This document shows positions 12,470 to 27,814 of a stretch of DNA of 64,000 nucleotides, one piece after another (within the stretch, counting starts at the first letter, position 1; every line of letters starts with the position of its first letter). The notes beneath the pieces were generated by a model. That model did no database searches, was not told where the DNA came from, and saw only the letters and a program-made list of their open reading frames with translations. The DNA is from Octopus vulgaris. Its lineage: Eukaryota. The stretch lies in NCBI GenBank assembly GCA_951406725.2, contig OX597822.1:186001-250000 (forward strand), read 5' to 3'. A program made the translations under genes and the position numbers.

Positions 12470-14944
12470 TGCAGGAGTGGCTGTGTGGTAAGTAGCTTGC
12501 TTATCAACCACATGGTTCCGGGTCCAGTTCCACTGCGTGGCACCTTGGACAAATGTCTTCTACTATAGCATCGGGCTGACCAAAGCCTTGTGAGTGGATT
12601 TGGTAGACAGAAACTGAAAGAAGCCCATCGTATGTATATATATATATGTCTGTGTGTGTGTTTGAGTGTCTGTGTTTGTCCCCCCAACATCGCTTGACAA
12701 CTGATGCTGGTGTGTTTACGTCCCCGTTACTTAGCAGTTCGGCTAGAGAGAGCAATAGAATAAGTACTAGACTTACAAAGAATAAGTCTTGGGGGTCGAT
12801 TTGCTTGACTAAAGGCTGTGCTCCAGCATGGCTGCAATCAAATGACTGAAACAAATTAAAGAATAAATATATGTGTGTGTGTGTCTATGTTTATTCCCCA
12901 GCCATTGCTTGACAACCGATGTCCCTGTAAGTTGGTGGTTTGGCAAAAGAGACCGATAGAATAAGTACTCGTCTTACAAAGAATGAGTCGATTTCTTTGA
13001 CTAAAAACCCTTTGATGTTGTGCTCCAGCATGGCTGCGGTCAATGACTGAAACAAATAAAAGAGTAAAAGAAAGAATATTAAACAGTTCTGGCATATTCT
13101 ATAATGACTACTTTCTTGCAGTAGAACATATCTTTTATCTTTTACTTGATTCAGTGTTGGGACTATGGCGAAGCTAGTGCACCACCTTAGAGAGTTTAGT
13201 TGAAATGGACATAAGCAAACCAGCAGCGGTTGTCAAGACAAACACACACACACACACATGATCTTTTACTCTTTTACTTGTTTCAGTCATTTGACTGTGG
13301 CCATGCTAGAGTATTGCCTTAAGGGTTTTAGTCAAATAAATTGATTCCAGGACTTATTCTTTGTAAGCCTAATACTTTTTCTATTGGTCTCTTTTGCCAA
13401 ACTGATAAGTTATGGGGACATAAACACACCGGCATTGGTTGTCAAGCGATGGTGGGAGGACAAACACAGGAACACACACATCACATATATATACTAGCTG
13501 AATAGGCCGTTGTTGTTGGGCAGTTTTCACAAAATGTATATAAATTTTTGTTTATTCCATGTCAGACCATGCCTTCCCCAACAGATAGGCCTCTTGATCA
13601 GGACAGATTTGTGCAATATTTTGGGAAAAACTTTGTTTGCAATCTTTTTCCATTTTAAATTATTTACATGTTTGTTTGACCGTTTCACATGACCTTATTC
13701 ATTAAAAACTTATTAAAACTTCAGAAGTTCTTACAACTTTGGTTGTTATAATGCTTTGCTTTTGTTTGTTTAATAAAAGTTCCTCCTGGTAATGATTTTG
13801 CTTTCATTTTGTGATAGACAACTTTCATGCAGAAAACACCAGCTTCCAAATCCTGTTTTCTGATTAGGTAAAGTTAATTAAACTTTAAATCCCAGTAACA
13901 TTTTCCTGGGACAAATAAATAACAAAATCGGAGTGGAAAATTTTTTCAATATACTAAATTTGAAAATTTTGATGTAATTCTAAACTTTCACAATGTGACA
14001 GCAACTGGGAAGACCCTACAAAATTAGAGAGACAGACTGTTACACGCATTGAAAATTGAAAGATGGAATTGAACATTTTTCTGAACCATTAGAATCTTGA
14101 GATGATGTAAAATTTCATATAAGTAGTACTGAAGGTGCAATGTAAAGAAACAACACTGAATGTTTTTATATTCTTACATCTTTTAGTGTGAGTTGTGTGT
14201 TATTTTTCAATTTGTGTTAAGAATGAATCAGTTTTAGCTATGGAATAAAATGAATGACATTATCTATAGTTTTATTGTTTCAGTACATTGGTAAAGTTCT
14301 AATAAATGTTAATATAGTGATATGAAAACAGATATATAAACACTTTACCTTTCACTCGTTAGTTTTACATCTGTTGTTGGACATATTGTAAAAGTTTTGA
14401 TTGAGTGTACAATAGTTAATTCACTAAAATGCATGTGTTAACTGATAGGTAAAAAGTAAAGAACAAAGTATTAAAATTTGCTGTTCCCTTCATTAAACAC
14501 CTTCTCCTGCTTTATCTTTGTTTCTCATTCTCCTCCCCTTCCCTGATATCAGCCACCCTCATTATGCCACCACATTTCCCTCAACCTAACACTCTTTGAG
14601 CCCTTCTCATTTTATTATATAATAGCCCAACCACTGTAGGGGGCCCATTATTGATTTTTATTGAAATCCATTTAGCCTACAATTGAATTGGATGTTAGTT
14701 AAACATGTATGCGAAGTTTCGTGAAGACTGGTTCACTGGTATAGGCAGCAAGGTGGTATCAGACAGAAAGATAGAAATTTCCACTTATATATAAGACATA
14801 TGACAGTCTTCTTTCAGTTTCCATCTACCAAATGCACCCACAAGGCTTTGGTTGGTCTGATGCTATAGTAGAAGACACTTGCCCAAGGTGCCATGTGGTT
14901 GGGAAGCAAACTTCTAACCACACGGCCACGCCTGTGTGTGTGTG

Positions 14945-14992
<48 letters not shown>

Positions 14993-16889
14993 AATGTAAA
15001 AAAATACAAACTGGGACAAGAACGTGAAACATTTAGAAGACGATACAAAAAACACGGACGGGACATTCAAAGCCTTCAATCTTCAGTCAAGAACCGGATC
15101 ATCTTCGCAATTTTGGCTGATTAATCTTGAGATTGTTCCAATCTGGCCAGCCCCAAAGGAAAATCTAAGCCAAGTGCATTAGATTCCTTGGAAGAAAGCC
15201 TCGAATGTATACAAAACAAGGGCAGAAAACCGGACGATGTTACACGAATAAAAATATAAAAATACGTAAAAACAATAATGATAACATGAATAAGAATACA
15301 AAAATATGTAAAAACAATAATGATAATAATAATAACAACAAAAACAGGACGTCACAGACAAGTGTCTTTTCGACAGGACAAGTAAATTTTTGAGCTGGCT
15401 TTAGAAAAAAGCCTTAGGGCAAGAGAGAGAAAAAAAATGTGTCTTGCCACAACGGCTGCTGACCATGAAGAGGCTAGCAATCAGTGGCTAGTCACGTGTG
15501 AGGGAAAGAGAGAGGAAAAGAGGGACAGATGAAGAGAGAAAGAAGGGGAACAAGGAACAAAGGAGGAGGGGAATAGAGAGAGAGAGAGAAAGAGACAGAT
15601 CAAAGTGGAGTGCAAAGTGTGAAAGGCAGAAAAATGTAGGAGAGGGAGGAAAGAGAGTGTTGTAGAGTCGTATATATGTATGTGTGTGTGTGTGTGTGTA
15701 TGTATGTAAAATATGAAGGGCTTCTTTCAGTTTCTGCCTTTCAAATTCATTCCCATGGCTTTGGTCAGCCTTGGGCTATAGCAGAAGATATTCAAGGCGC
15801 TGCATAGTAGGTCTGAACCCAGGATCACATGGTTGGGAAGCAAGTTTCATAAACAGCCCACCCCTTGAGAAAGAGAAAGAAAAATAAATTACTAAAGAGG
15901 TAGTAGACTTGCAAAACCTGTCTTTTTGGGGTTGTTTTCTATTAGTGAAAAAGCAAAGAAAAAAATTTAACATTCTTTGGGTAAATTGTTAAGTTGTTGA
16001 ATGTTTCAACATTTTGAAGTGTAAACAGCTGAATATATAGTATATTTTAATAAAAATAGAATTACACACAAGCTAAACTTCCTTGAGCAGGTGAAAAGTT
16101 TTAATGGCTAAGGTAAAGACAGCCTGGTAGTGCAGGATGTAACAAGAATTTTTCACATTCCATCAATGGATAAAAATGTTTAATGGCTACATAAATGTGT
16201 GTGTATGTGTGTATATCTGTATAGGCACACACACACACATATATAAATAAATCCTCTCTACTATAGCCACAAGGCCTGAAATTTCAGGGGGTGGGGACTA
16301 GTCAATTATATCGACCTTACTATTTTATTTGTTTCATTCATTTGACTGCAGCCATGACCCCATGACTCATTCTTTGTAAGCCTAGTACTTATTCTATCGG
16401 TCTCTTGCCGAACCGCTAAGTTATAGGGATGTAAACATACCAGCATCGGTTGTCAAGCAATGGTGGTGGGAGCAAACACACACACACAACGGGCTTCTTT
16501 CAGTTTCCATCTACCAAATCCACTCACAAGGCTTTGGTTGGCCCAAGGCTATAGTAGAAGACACTTGTCCAAGGTGCCATGCAGTTGGACTGAATCTGGA
16601 ACCATGTGGTTGGTAAGCAAGCCACTTACCATACGGCCACTCCTGTGCCTATATCTGCATAAAAAGCATCCAGTACACTTTGTAAAATGGTTAGCATTGG
16701 GAAGGACATCCAGCCATAGAAACCATGCCAAATCAGACAAACCATCATCCTCCTCATCATCATTTAACATTCGTTTTCCATGCTGGCAAGCCAGAGGGCT
16801 GCACTAGGTTCCATTTATGCTTGATTTCTACAACTGGATGCCTATCCCAATGCCAATCACATTGCAGATTGTACTAGGTGCTTTTTATG

Positions 16890-16957
<68 letters not shown>

Positions 16958-18726
16958 GGAAAAGAGACCCCCTTTGGAAATGACTGACCATGGGATTGCA
17001 CCTAGAAAGTTCCTCTCAGAGGAACAGGTTCCAGCTAGGTTGTTTATGGAAGACCAGCAGTTGCCCATGCATACCAGTCTACCCTATCTACACCACCAAT
17101 GTTATCCAAGAGAAAAGCAAAGGTTGATACAGCTTGGCACCAGTGACATTGCGACTCATTTCTGCAGTCAAGTGAACTGGAGCAACATGAAATAAAGTGT
17201 CTTGCTCAAGAACACAACACACAGCTCGATCTGCGAATTGAACTCACTACCTCATGATTGTGAGCCTGACACTCTAACCACCAAGCCATGTGCCTTCACT
17301 AATATATATATATATATACACTCACATATACCACACACACACATGCACAAGTTCCTATACAGTGTCTCTGCATCAGTTCCAGTCACAAGGCATCAGTTGG
17401 TCTGAGGCAATAACAGAAGACTTTTGCTCAGGATGTTGCACAGTGTCATTGAACCTGGAACCATGTAGCTGTGAGGCAAACTTCTTGACCAACCAACCAA
17501 CCAGACACATACACACACATGTGGCCATTAAACATTTTGATCCAGTTTTAACTTTTCACCTGTCCAGAAAGGTTTAGCTTGTGTGTAATTCTATTTTTAT
17601 GAAAATATACTATAAAGTTAATCAGGTACTTAAAGTTCAAAATGTACAGTGTGTATTGGGTGTTTTTTATGTGGCACCCAATACTTTCTTTTAAATGGTT
17701 GGTGTTAGGAAGGGTATATATATATGATATATTCGAATATATCAAGCCGTTGTTCGTACAGTACTTCTCTATGGCTGTGAAACGTGGCCTATGCGGGTGG
17801 TCGATCAACGAAGGCTGGAAGTCTTCGACAATGACTGCCTCTGGTGCATTCTTCACTGCCGTCGGGTGGATGAAGTTCCCACCACCAATCTCCGACTTCG
17901 CCTGTCTCTATGGCCCCTTCCATCTGTCCTTCTGCAACGGCACTTCTGGTGGTTTGGCCATGCATGTAGGCGTCCGGTGGGTGAACTGAGCCGTGATGTC
18001 CTTCTCCCGACTCCACTTCCCAACTGGCGGAAATGCGCGGGCGGGCAGCTGAAGACCTGGGTTACGACGATCAAGGAGGACCTCTCTGTGCTCACGGGTC
18101 CGCAGGTGGTCAGCCTGCGCCGATGGAACCGTGACTGGCTTGCTATCTCCAGTGAACTGGCGCAGGACCGTCGTGTGTGGGCTGCCATGGTTTGAGATGC
18201 CTCGAGGGTGGTAGAAGAAGCCGACTCAACCCGCCCAGGGTGAATGTCGCCACAAGTACAAGTAGGAAGGGTATCTAGCCATAGAAAGGGTTATAACCCA
18301 AACTGTCCTCTTGAAGCACATCTGCTTATTCCAGTATTCCAAAATTTTATAAAGATGTTATATATGTGTGATGCATGCCAAGGGTTGAAAAATACTGAGC
18401 AATATTTTTCACAGAGTAATTACGTATCAAGACAAGAGCTTGGGAAAAAAAGTTTTGATATTATTTATTCGCCATTACACATGTTTCATTTGCTAATAGG
18501 TGTTACAAAATTGTATATTTAGGAGAAACCTGCTAGATACCTCCTATTAGAAATTTTGCAGAGAATTAAATAATACACAATTTACGTTAGAATGAAGCTT
18601 TTATTTATAGTCAATAACTAGGAGTCCAGTAGATAGGAGGAGTGGAGAATTAGGAACAATACTATTAATATAAAAAGAGAATTGGAGATGAATGTAATAA
18701 GTGCACACACATAAACATTCAAATTT

Positions 18727-18767
<41 letters not shown>

Positions 18768-21304
18768 ATCCAAACATGAAAACACAAAGAGTAAACACAA
18801 CAATGCGAGGACGTGGAACAAGTATAGTATTATTGGACGCTCAGGAAAGAAGGAGCGTTTAATGTTTCGAGCAGAGCTCTTCATCAGAAACATAGGAAAA
18901 GGAAAGATCCAAAGAAGGGAAGATGGAGGAAAAAAAATTGCCAACGATACACACATGCACACACATTTGCAAATACACACACACACATACATATAAACTC
19001 ATACATACACATATTTATGCATGTATATATGTATGTATAAGTGAATGTATACGCGTGTGTATATATGTTCTGTTTTGATTATATATATGAACCAAGGATA
19101 GGACAGAAAGAACATGACAAAAACAACACACAGAAAAATAGACGATAACATAACAAACAGGAAACTGGACAAAACCAAGAAACATGGCCCATTCGCAGCA
19201 TATTTCCTCATCAGTCAGAGTCTGGAAGATCTTCATGGTTTTGCACATTTTTATCCCTGAGACCACTTGAATCCAGCAAGTGCCAGAGCGTTAAGCTAAA
19301 AGCATTAAGCTTCTGGGGAAAGCAAGCGATTGTATACAAGAATGAAAACAAGAACAAGAAAGCAAGAATTATATGCATACAACAGACAAACGCCTTCTTG
19401 CTATCCCACAAAATGAAAATAATTGTACATTTACAAATGAATAAATAACAGAAAGTGTCTTTTGACTATTAGATGAACAAACATGATGAAATAATAATAC
19501 AAGTGCAACAGAAAAGGAATCAGACATATAGAATGGACAAACGCCTTTTGGCTATAAATAACAAAATGAAAATTGTACAATTATGACATAAATAACAAAA
19601 AGGGATCTTTTGTCTATCAGATGAATGTAGTAAGGATGGTGTGAAGGAGAAATGGGAGGTCTTAACAGTCCAAGCAAGAGGATGGACAAACATGACTGCT
19701 GGTCAGAAAAGGGCGGACAGCAATCATGTGGTAGGAGAGGGTAAGAGTTGTAGAGGGCAGAGGGATTAAAGAATTAGAGGGAGGGGAGGAAAGAGGGACT
19801 AAGGAATAAGAGAGAGGGGAAAAGAGATCAAAGGGACTAAAGAATGAGAGGGAGGGGAAGAGAGAGAGAGAGAGAGAGAAAGGTATAAAGGAGACAAGTG
19901 AAGAAGGAAAGCAGAGGGAGGAGATATATATTGCATGCACCTTCTACTATACCTTCAACGAAAATGTTGTGAATGGATATGGTAGAGTGAAAGTGAAACT
20001 GAAAGAAGTGCATTGTATATATGTATCTGTGTCTGCATACGTCTTGTCTTTACATTGCACACTGTACCTTTTCACTGTGGTCATCCATGGGAGTTGATAA
20101 AATAAAGCATCAATCTTCTACTGGAATTGACTCTATAATTGACTCTTCATCACCCGACAAATTGTGTCTGAGTTAGAAATTATTATTATTATTAGTGATT
20201 TCTTATATAAATACAAAATTTCAAATTCAAGTCATGGGCTAAAGTCAGTTATATCGATCTTGATTTTATTGCCACTAGAAGGATGGATGGCTCAGTGGTT
20301 AGAGCATCGGGCTCACAGTCATGAGGTCATGAGTTTGATTCCTGGATCAGGCTGTGTGTTGTGTTCTTGACCAAGACACTTTATTTAATGTTGCTCCAGT
20401 TCACTCAGCTGTAAAAATGAGTTGTGACATCACTGGTGCCATACTGTATCAGTCTTTGCCTTTCCCTTCGATAACATTGATGGTGTGGAGAGGAGAGGCT
20501 GGTCTTCCATATATAACCTTGCCTGAACTTGTGTCTTGGAGGGTAACTTTCTATGTGCAATCCTATGGTCATTCATGACTGAAAGTGGTCTTTACTCTTG
20601 ACTTGACTTTACTCTAGAAAGATGGAAGGTGAAGTTAAGCTTGGTAGGAGTTGAACTCAGAACATAATGAACTCAAATGAAATATTACAAGATATTTGTT
20701 TACAGCTCTTAATAGTTCTGCCAGCTTGCTGCTGTTTTTGCCAAAATTCAGTTAAATTTGTGAGATGTTTTTCAGTAGGAGTCTGGTTAGTTGTACATGT
20801 TTGCTGCAGGACAATTTAATTAGCTGAGACTAGTGTTGCTTCTTAATTGCAGTATTTTCTTTTCTTAGAAGGAAGGGGAAGGGTTTCAATTTGCATGATC
20901 TAATTAGGTGGAAGTAAAGTCCTGGAGATAATTAACAAATGTTGTTTGGTTAGAATATGGTAGAAAAGAAATTTAATGGAAAAACTCAGTCTTTGTTGAT
21001 GTTTGGCAGTTCTAATAAGGCATAAATTATTTAAGCATGACAATTTGAAAGGAAGTTACTTTGAAATGAGGAGTTGTAAGGAGCAAAGATTTTAGTAAGA
21101 GCAATATTTTAGAGTAGGATAACTAGATTCATATGATTTGGATAATCTTTGGCTCAGGTGTGGCTGTTTGATGAGAAGTTTCCTTCTTAACCACATGGTT
21201 CCAGGTTCAGTCCCACTGTATGACACCTTTGGCAGTTGTCTTCTACTTGGACTGACAAAGACCTTATGAACGGATTTGGTAGGCAGAAACTGAAAGAAGC
21301 TTGT

Positions 21305-21359
<55 letters not shown>

Positions 21360-24300
21360 GAGTGGCTGTGTGGTAAGTAGCATGTTTACCAACCACATGG
21401 TTCCGGGTTCAGTCCCACTGCGTGGCACCTTGGGCAAGTGTCTTCTACTATAGCTTCGGGCTGACCAAAGCCCTGTGAGTGGATTTGGTAGACGGAAACT
21501 GAAAGAAGCCCATTGTATATATGTATGTATATATATGTATGTGTGTGTGTGTCTGTGTTTGTCCCCCAACATCACTTAACAACCGATGCTGGTGTGTTTA
21601 TGTCCCCGTTACTTAGCGGTTTGGCAAAGAGACCAATAGAATAAGTACTGGGCTTACAAAAGAATAAGACCCGGGGTCGAGTTGCTCGATTAAAGGCGGT
21701 GCTCCAGCATGGCCGCAGTCAAATGACTGAAACAAGTAAAAGAGTAAAAGATATGTGTTTGTGTGTGTGTTTATGTGTGTATATATATATATATGTGTGT
21801 GTGTGTCTGTGCCCCACCACTGTTTGACAACTGGTGTTGGTGTGTTTATGTCCCTGTGGTTCGGTAAAAGAAACCAATAGAATAAGTACTAGGCTTAATG
21901 GAAAAATAAGTCCTGGGATTGATTCATTTGACAAAAAATTTTTCAAGGCAGTGCTCCAGCATGGCCATGGTCTAATGACTGAAGCAAGGTAAAAAGTTAA
22001 AAGATGATTGTAGACACCAGTATGGTTGTGTCGTTTAGAAGTTTGCATCACAACTGCATGGTTTTGTGCTCAGCCCAGCTGCATGGTACATTGTGCATGT
22101 ATCTTCTACTGGACCTCTAGGCTAACTAATTGCTTTGTGAGTGAATTTGTTTGCTGGAAAAGTGTGCAGGAGCCTTGTGAACGTGTGTGTGTGTGTGTGT
22201 ATGTATGTGTCTTTGCATTGCTCTGTGTCACTCAACGACCAGTGTTGGTCTGTTGATGTTTCTCTTTTATAAAAAAAAATAAAAAAAAATGAGGCTCACA
22301 GAATAAATACTAGAGTTGAAATAAGTACTGTGGTTGATTTGGTTTGACTAAATCCTTCAAGATGGAACTTCAGCTTGGCACATGCAGCCTTTAATGTCTG
22401 AAACAAGTAAAAAAAAAGAAATCAGATGTGTTTATGTATTTATTCATGGATTAGCTCACAGGAAATGACATTACTCACGATCTCTATAGGCATTCTGAGA
22501 CTTTTTAAGGATATAGTTTATGTTTAGTTGGACACTGGTCAGGTCGGTTTGGAAGAAGATGATTGGTGCTGTGGAGGGTGGAAGATAAGGGAGGTGACAT
22601 AGTATAGGTGCTGAGAGGAGAAAACAGGTGTGAGCTTGAAGTAGAGAAAATTTGAGAAGATGAAATATGATTTTTATCTAATATTTGATTAAGTAAAATA
22701 GTTACTGAAAGCTGGTGTGAAATTCTTAGAAAGCTGTTCCATTTTAATGATGGAAGAAGCTGGCAGAATTGTTTGCACACTGGGCAAAATGCTTAGTGGT
22801 ATTTTGTCTGTCTGTATGTTTTGAGTTCAAATTATGCTGCGGTCGACTTTGCCTTTCATCCTTTTGGGGTTGATGAAATAATTACCAGCTGATCACTGGG
22901 GTTGATGTAGTTGGCTTACTCCCTTCCCTGAAATTTCTAGCCTTTTGCCAAAATTTTAAACCAATTGTGGAAGGACACAGATATGTCTAAATTTCTTCTC
23001 ACAGGCACCAAAGAATAGATTTCAAAGCATATAACCAATGGAGCCTGTCTGTAACCTGACTGCCCTAAAATATTTCCGTATTGCTTTGATGTAGTCTAAA
23101 AATATCTTAGTGTTTCTTCTTTGAAGCTATGAAGAATTGTTTCGCTCCAGTTGTTGTATAGCTTTTGTTATCTAACTTTATCTACAAGAGAAGGTGCCTC
23201 TCAGTCTAGCTGTTTATATTAAAACAGTCCACAAACATTATAATTTCTCTTTACTCATATCTGTCCCAATGTAAATGTGATGTTACATTTATATATATAT
23301 ATGCATTTGTGTATGAGTGTATATATATATATATATATATATACATATGTGTGTGTGTGTGTGTGTGTGAGTATACATGTAGGTAAAATAGCACTTATGG
23401 AATGAGGAGATTAACAGATGGACAGTTGGACAGCATGACAAGTTACAACTGGTAAATGTAAATTCTAAAGGTGGTGGAAAAATGTAAACCTACAAAAAAA
23501 TAATATAAGAAGTTGTATGCCTAATAAAAGGAAAGAAGTAGATGGACGTTTTTGATGAATAAACAAGAAAAGAAAAGTAAAAAATACCTGCTTAAAGCAT
23601 GTATGTATCTTTTGATGACATGTGCTTTAAACAGGTATTGTTGTGGTAGCCTGTCCTTGCTATGCTATGTTAATATTCTTGGAACAGTCTGGAAGGGTAA
23701 AAATTTTGGCTTTTTTCCATTCTTGAAGTCAAAGTATCTAATCACTCGTTTAAAAAATATTGGAGGTTACAAGATATATGGAAAAAAAAAATACTTAGAA
23801 AATATTTTGTGTACTGTTTTTGACTATCCTTTTCAGTTTTTTCGCTTGAACTGACTTTTGACATAGCTAGCTAGTTCATGTATTTAGGAACAGGCCATAG
23901 CTGTCTTGTGGTCATGTTTGTACATCCACTTATTGAGATGATACACACACACACGCTTGAAGTTGAATCATTCTTGATGTTACTCAGAACAAACGAAACA
24001 AACTTCTAAGTTCAAGTCTCACTGAGGGTTGAATTTAGAATGTAAAGAGCTGTAACCAATACTGCAAGGTATTTTGTGTGACAGTTGAACAGTTCTGCCA
24101 ATCCCCTAAGCCTCAAATTTGAGGAATGGGTATGTTTGGTTGTATTGACTCCAGTACCCAACTGGTTTTTATCATCCCTCCTCGAATTGGCTAAAGTCAA
24201 AGTTGATTTTGGCAGGATTTGAACTCAGAATGTAAAGGTACACAACTGAATACTGAAGAGCATTATATCCAAAACTCTACCGATTCTGAGAATCCACTGC

Positions 24301-27300
24301 TCTAATAATAAAAATGAAGACAATGATAATAGTAATTCTTTCTTCTATAGGCTTATGGTCTGAAATTTTGGAGTGAAGGGGCCAGTTGCTTACGTTGACC
24401 TTAGAGCATGATTTGTACCTATTTTATTGACCTCATAAGTATGAAAGGCAAAGTTGACCTCTGGACTTAAAATATAAAGAGCATTGTGTTTGACTTGCCA
24501 ATGATTCTACCAGTTTGCAGTTCACTACCTTATTAATAATAGTAAGAAAGTAAAGTTCCTTCCCAAGTCATATAGACTCACAGGGTTGGCTTCCTGGTTT
24601 CCCACCTGGATGAGATACCCGTGCATTGCAGGATTACTTATTTTTGCCAGGTCAAGAACACAACACATGACTTGGTCCAGGAATAAAAAGCCACAATCTT
24701 GTGATCATGAGTCCAACACCCTAACCACCAAGCCATGTGCCTCCACTCTTGATGATAATAATAATAATAATAATAGGGTGATCATTATCAGAATTAATAG
24801 AGTTTTGGACTAAAACGTCTCACTGTCTTTAGTTCCAGCCATTCTAACTTTAAATGTTAGTGAAGTCAAGTTTGCCCTCATTCCACAGTTGTTAAAATAG
24901 GTACCAATCAGGTGCTGGAGTCAATGAAATTGTCTAAACCCTTCAATGTTCTTTTCCCAGTTGTTCACATCATTTTTTTTGTTTTAGTAAGGATGCTTGG
25001 TTATGTATTTCATTTTATCTTGGCTCTTTCGGACACTTTTCTCCATACTGTTTATTTGTCAAAAGTTCTTTTGAATTTTTTGTTTCCTTCTTGTGTGCCT
25101 CCCCTTTAACCCTTCTATTGAAGACAACCTCCTGCATGAACTCTATTCCATTTTTTGGGGGGGATTAGACTTGGAGATGTATTAGGTCAACAGAGTTCAA
25201 ACGGTTCAGCTTGTGATGTTTGTTGTAATGATTTACTTGTGACAACACATTCATAATAACTACAGCTGTCATCACCAGTCTTATATATCTTTCTTGAAAA
25301 CAAACATTCCATAAAAACTAGTTTTACATTATTCATTTCAAAAAAAAAAAAAGAAAAGAAAGAAAATTAAATTCTAGAACATTCTTGTATTTCCTGTTGT
25401 GTTTGCTTGGCTATATATTTTAATTTTCTTTTAATTCTTTTTTTAACTTCCTGTTCTGGATCTTGTGTTCTTGCTCCTACTTCTTTCTTCTTGATACCAG
25501 AGAACAAGATTAGTAGTAGCAGTTGCCATGGTAGTGGTGCTAGTGACAGAAGAATGGATAGTTTGGTTGTTTTAGCACCACACAGTGTCAAAATAACTAT
25601 TAGATGTATACACCCCCTTGTTTTAGCATCATGGTGTGTCGAAATAGCTGTTAGGTGATAGAATGCCATATTTATTATATGGCCTTTATAGTCATTACTT
25701 GTAATTCAGCTTTTAAATAAGTAGCCCTGAGTGTTGAACTTGTGTTTGTTTGCTGGAAGAAAGAATTGAACCAGAATACAAACTGAAACTTTTGTTATTC
25801 TTGCTGTTTGATACATAGGATCTGCATGATCCATCTAGCAGATCTCTCTAATCAAAATGGTTTCTAGATGTGAACATGTCATTCTTTTCACTCAGACACT
25901 GAATATCTAAAACACTATCAACAAATCCTTTTTTTTTTAAATTTTCAGTAGGGTGTGGTTCTTTGTAAGTCAAGTGACTTTAGAGAGCGTCTTTTATTTT
26001 ATTGTTTCAGTGTTTTGAAAACCAAGCTGTTATCTTATAAGATGCTGTTTAGTTTCTGTTGTTGGCACTTCTATTTAGATAATTACTTTATTGTGAGGTT
26101 TTGTTCAATTACATGAAATTTCATTGCCAATGTCCTACGTTTCTATTTCTCAGTGCCTTGGGAAGGGCTATGGGGAGTCAACTTCGAAAGCAGATTGAGT
26201 GGAATATGTCAAGCAGTCTGGTGCCCTGTTTGACACTCTTCCAGCAATTCCAGGATAGGTGAAGCTCTCTAGTCCTGTGAAGCAATGCACCAAGGAGAAG
26301 GCCACTCCAGCTTCCTGGTCACTACAGCTGTCTTAACCTGTTGAGTGACTGTGGTCAGACCCACAAGTCTAAAGGATGGGGGTCAGATTGCATAGGTTCA
26401 CGCACACTTTAACCTTTTAACATTTAAATCAGCCATATCTGTCCCAAATATTCTGTCTGTTTTATGTTGGAACTGGCTATATTTCAGTCTCTCACACCTA
26501 CCATATAATGTCATTTTAAAAATAAATAATTACATCATTGAAATTTCAACACAAAAAGATAATGCAAATAAATAAGCATTTACATTGAACAAAATAATCC
26601 AAATGTTAAAGGGTTAAAACTACTAAGTGCAGGCAGGAAAACCTCTGCAGTATCAAGGATCAGTTTGCATAGCCACATGAAAAAGTGCCACTCTTTCATG
26701 TGGTCTTCAGTCATGATGAAATTGCCATCATCATGTTTCTGTTTGTTACAATCTGTTTTGTTGTTGAGTATCAAAAATAGAGGCATTTTATCTGGTAGTG
26801 ATGTGACCCTCTGAGTGTTCTCATTAAATTTGCTGAGTTAATTGCCCCAACATTATGTAATATCCGTTGTTAGTCTCACACCTGACAAAGAAAGAGGTGA
26901 AGGTTCAATTCTGGAGGGATGGCTGCTGATTATACCAATTGTGCTGGTGTCACATAAAAAGCACCCAACACAGTCTGTAAAACGGTTGGTGTTAGGAAGG
27001 GCATCCAGCTGTAGAAACCAAGCCAAAACAGACTAAAGAACCTGGCGTGGACCCAGCTATTTAACCCATGTCAGCATGGAAAATGGATGTTAAATGCCAA
27101 TGAATGATGATGATGTAATCTTTCTATTTTTGGCACCAGGCTAACAATTTTGAGGGTAAGGCGCAAGTCAATTACATTGACCATTCCCACTTCCCTGGAC
27201 AATTGACTGGTACTTAATTTTTTTTGACTCCATAAAGATGAAAGGCAAAGTTCTCTGTGGCAGTATTTGAAATCAACTATAAAGAGCTGGAAGAAATGAA

Positions 27301-27778
27301 GCATTTTGTTCGACATGCAAACAGTTCTACCAACTTGTTAACTGACAGTAAAACACAAGCAAGTATTTGACAACTTCTCATCCTTCCTTGAGAGTATATT
27401 ACCTTGAACATACACATCTTGAATATTCAAGAGACATCTTTAGGTCTAGTTATTGTGGCTTTGCAAGGACAAGTTTTTTTTATTTCTATCTGTAAAATAC
27501 ACGTGAAAAGCTTATGAAAAATTCACGTTGTTTCTGATGTAATTTTGTTTATGGCAACTGTCAGAAATTTTGGTTAGATTGTTGGAGCTCTGCATTTCTG
27601 AAATTCCATCCCTGAAACACAAATATGCCACATTTTTATATATATATATTAAACTGAATTTTGAAGCTAGTTTTAGGGTAGCTACTGGACATTTATGGAG
27701 GACTGACAGATTTATTGTAAAGTTTGTGTCGACTGAGACTTTACTATAAGAAAAAGTGTACATATGTGTATGTGTGTG

Positions 27779-27814
<36 letters not shown>

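Noticed and set aside
12292-12854. Recurrent peptides such as [15 protein letters not shown] / [10 protein letters not shown] in many ORFs
   Set aside because: Translations of SINE family A copies, not a gene family.
25367-25669. 100-aa minus-strand ORF with lysine-rich end
   Set aside because: No recognisable domain or convincing splice sites; explainable by composition.
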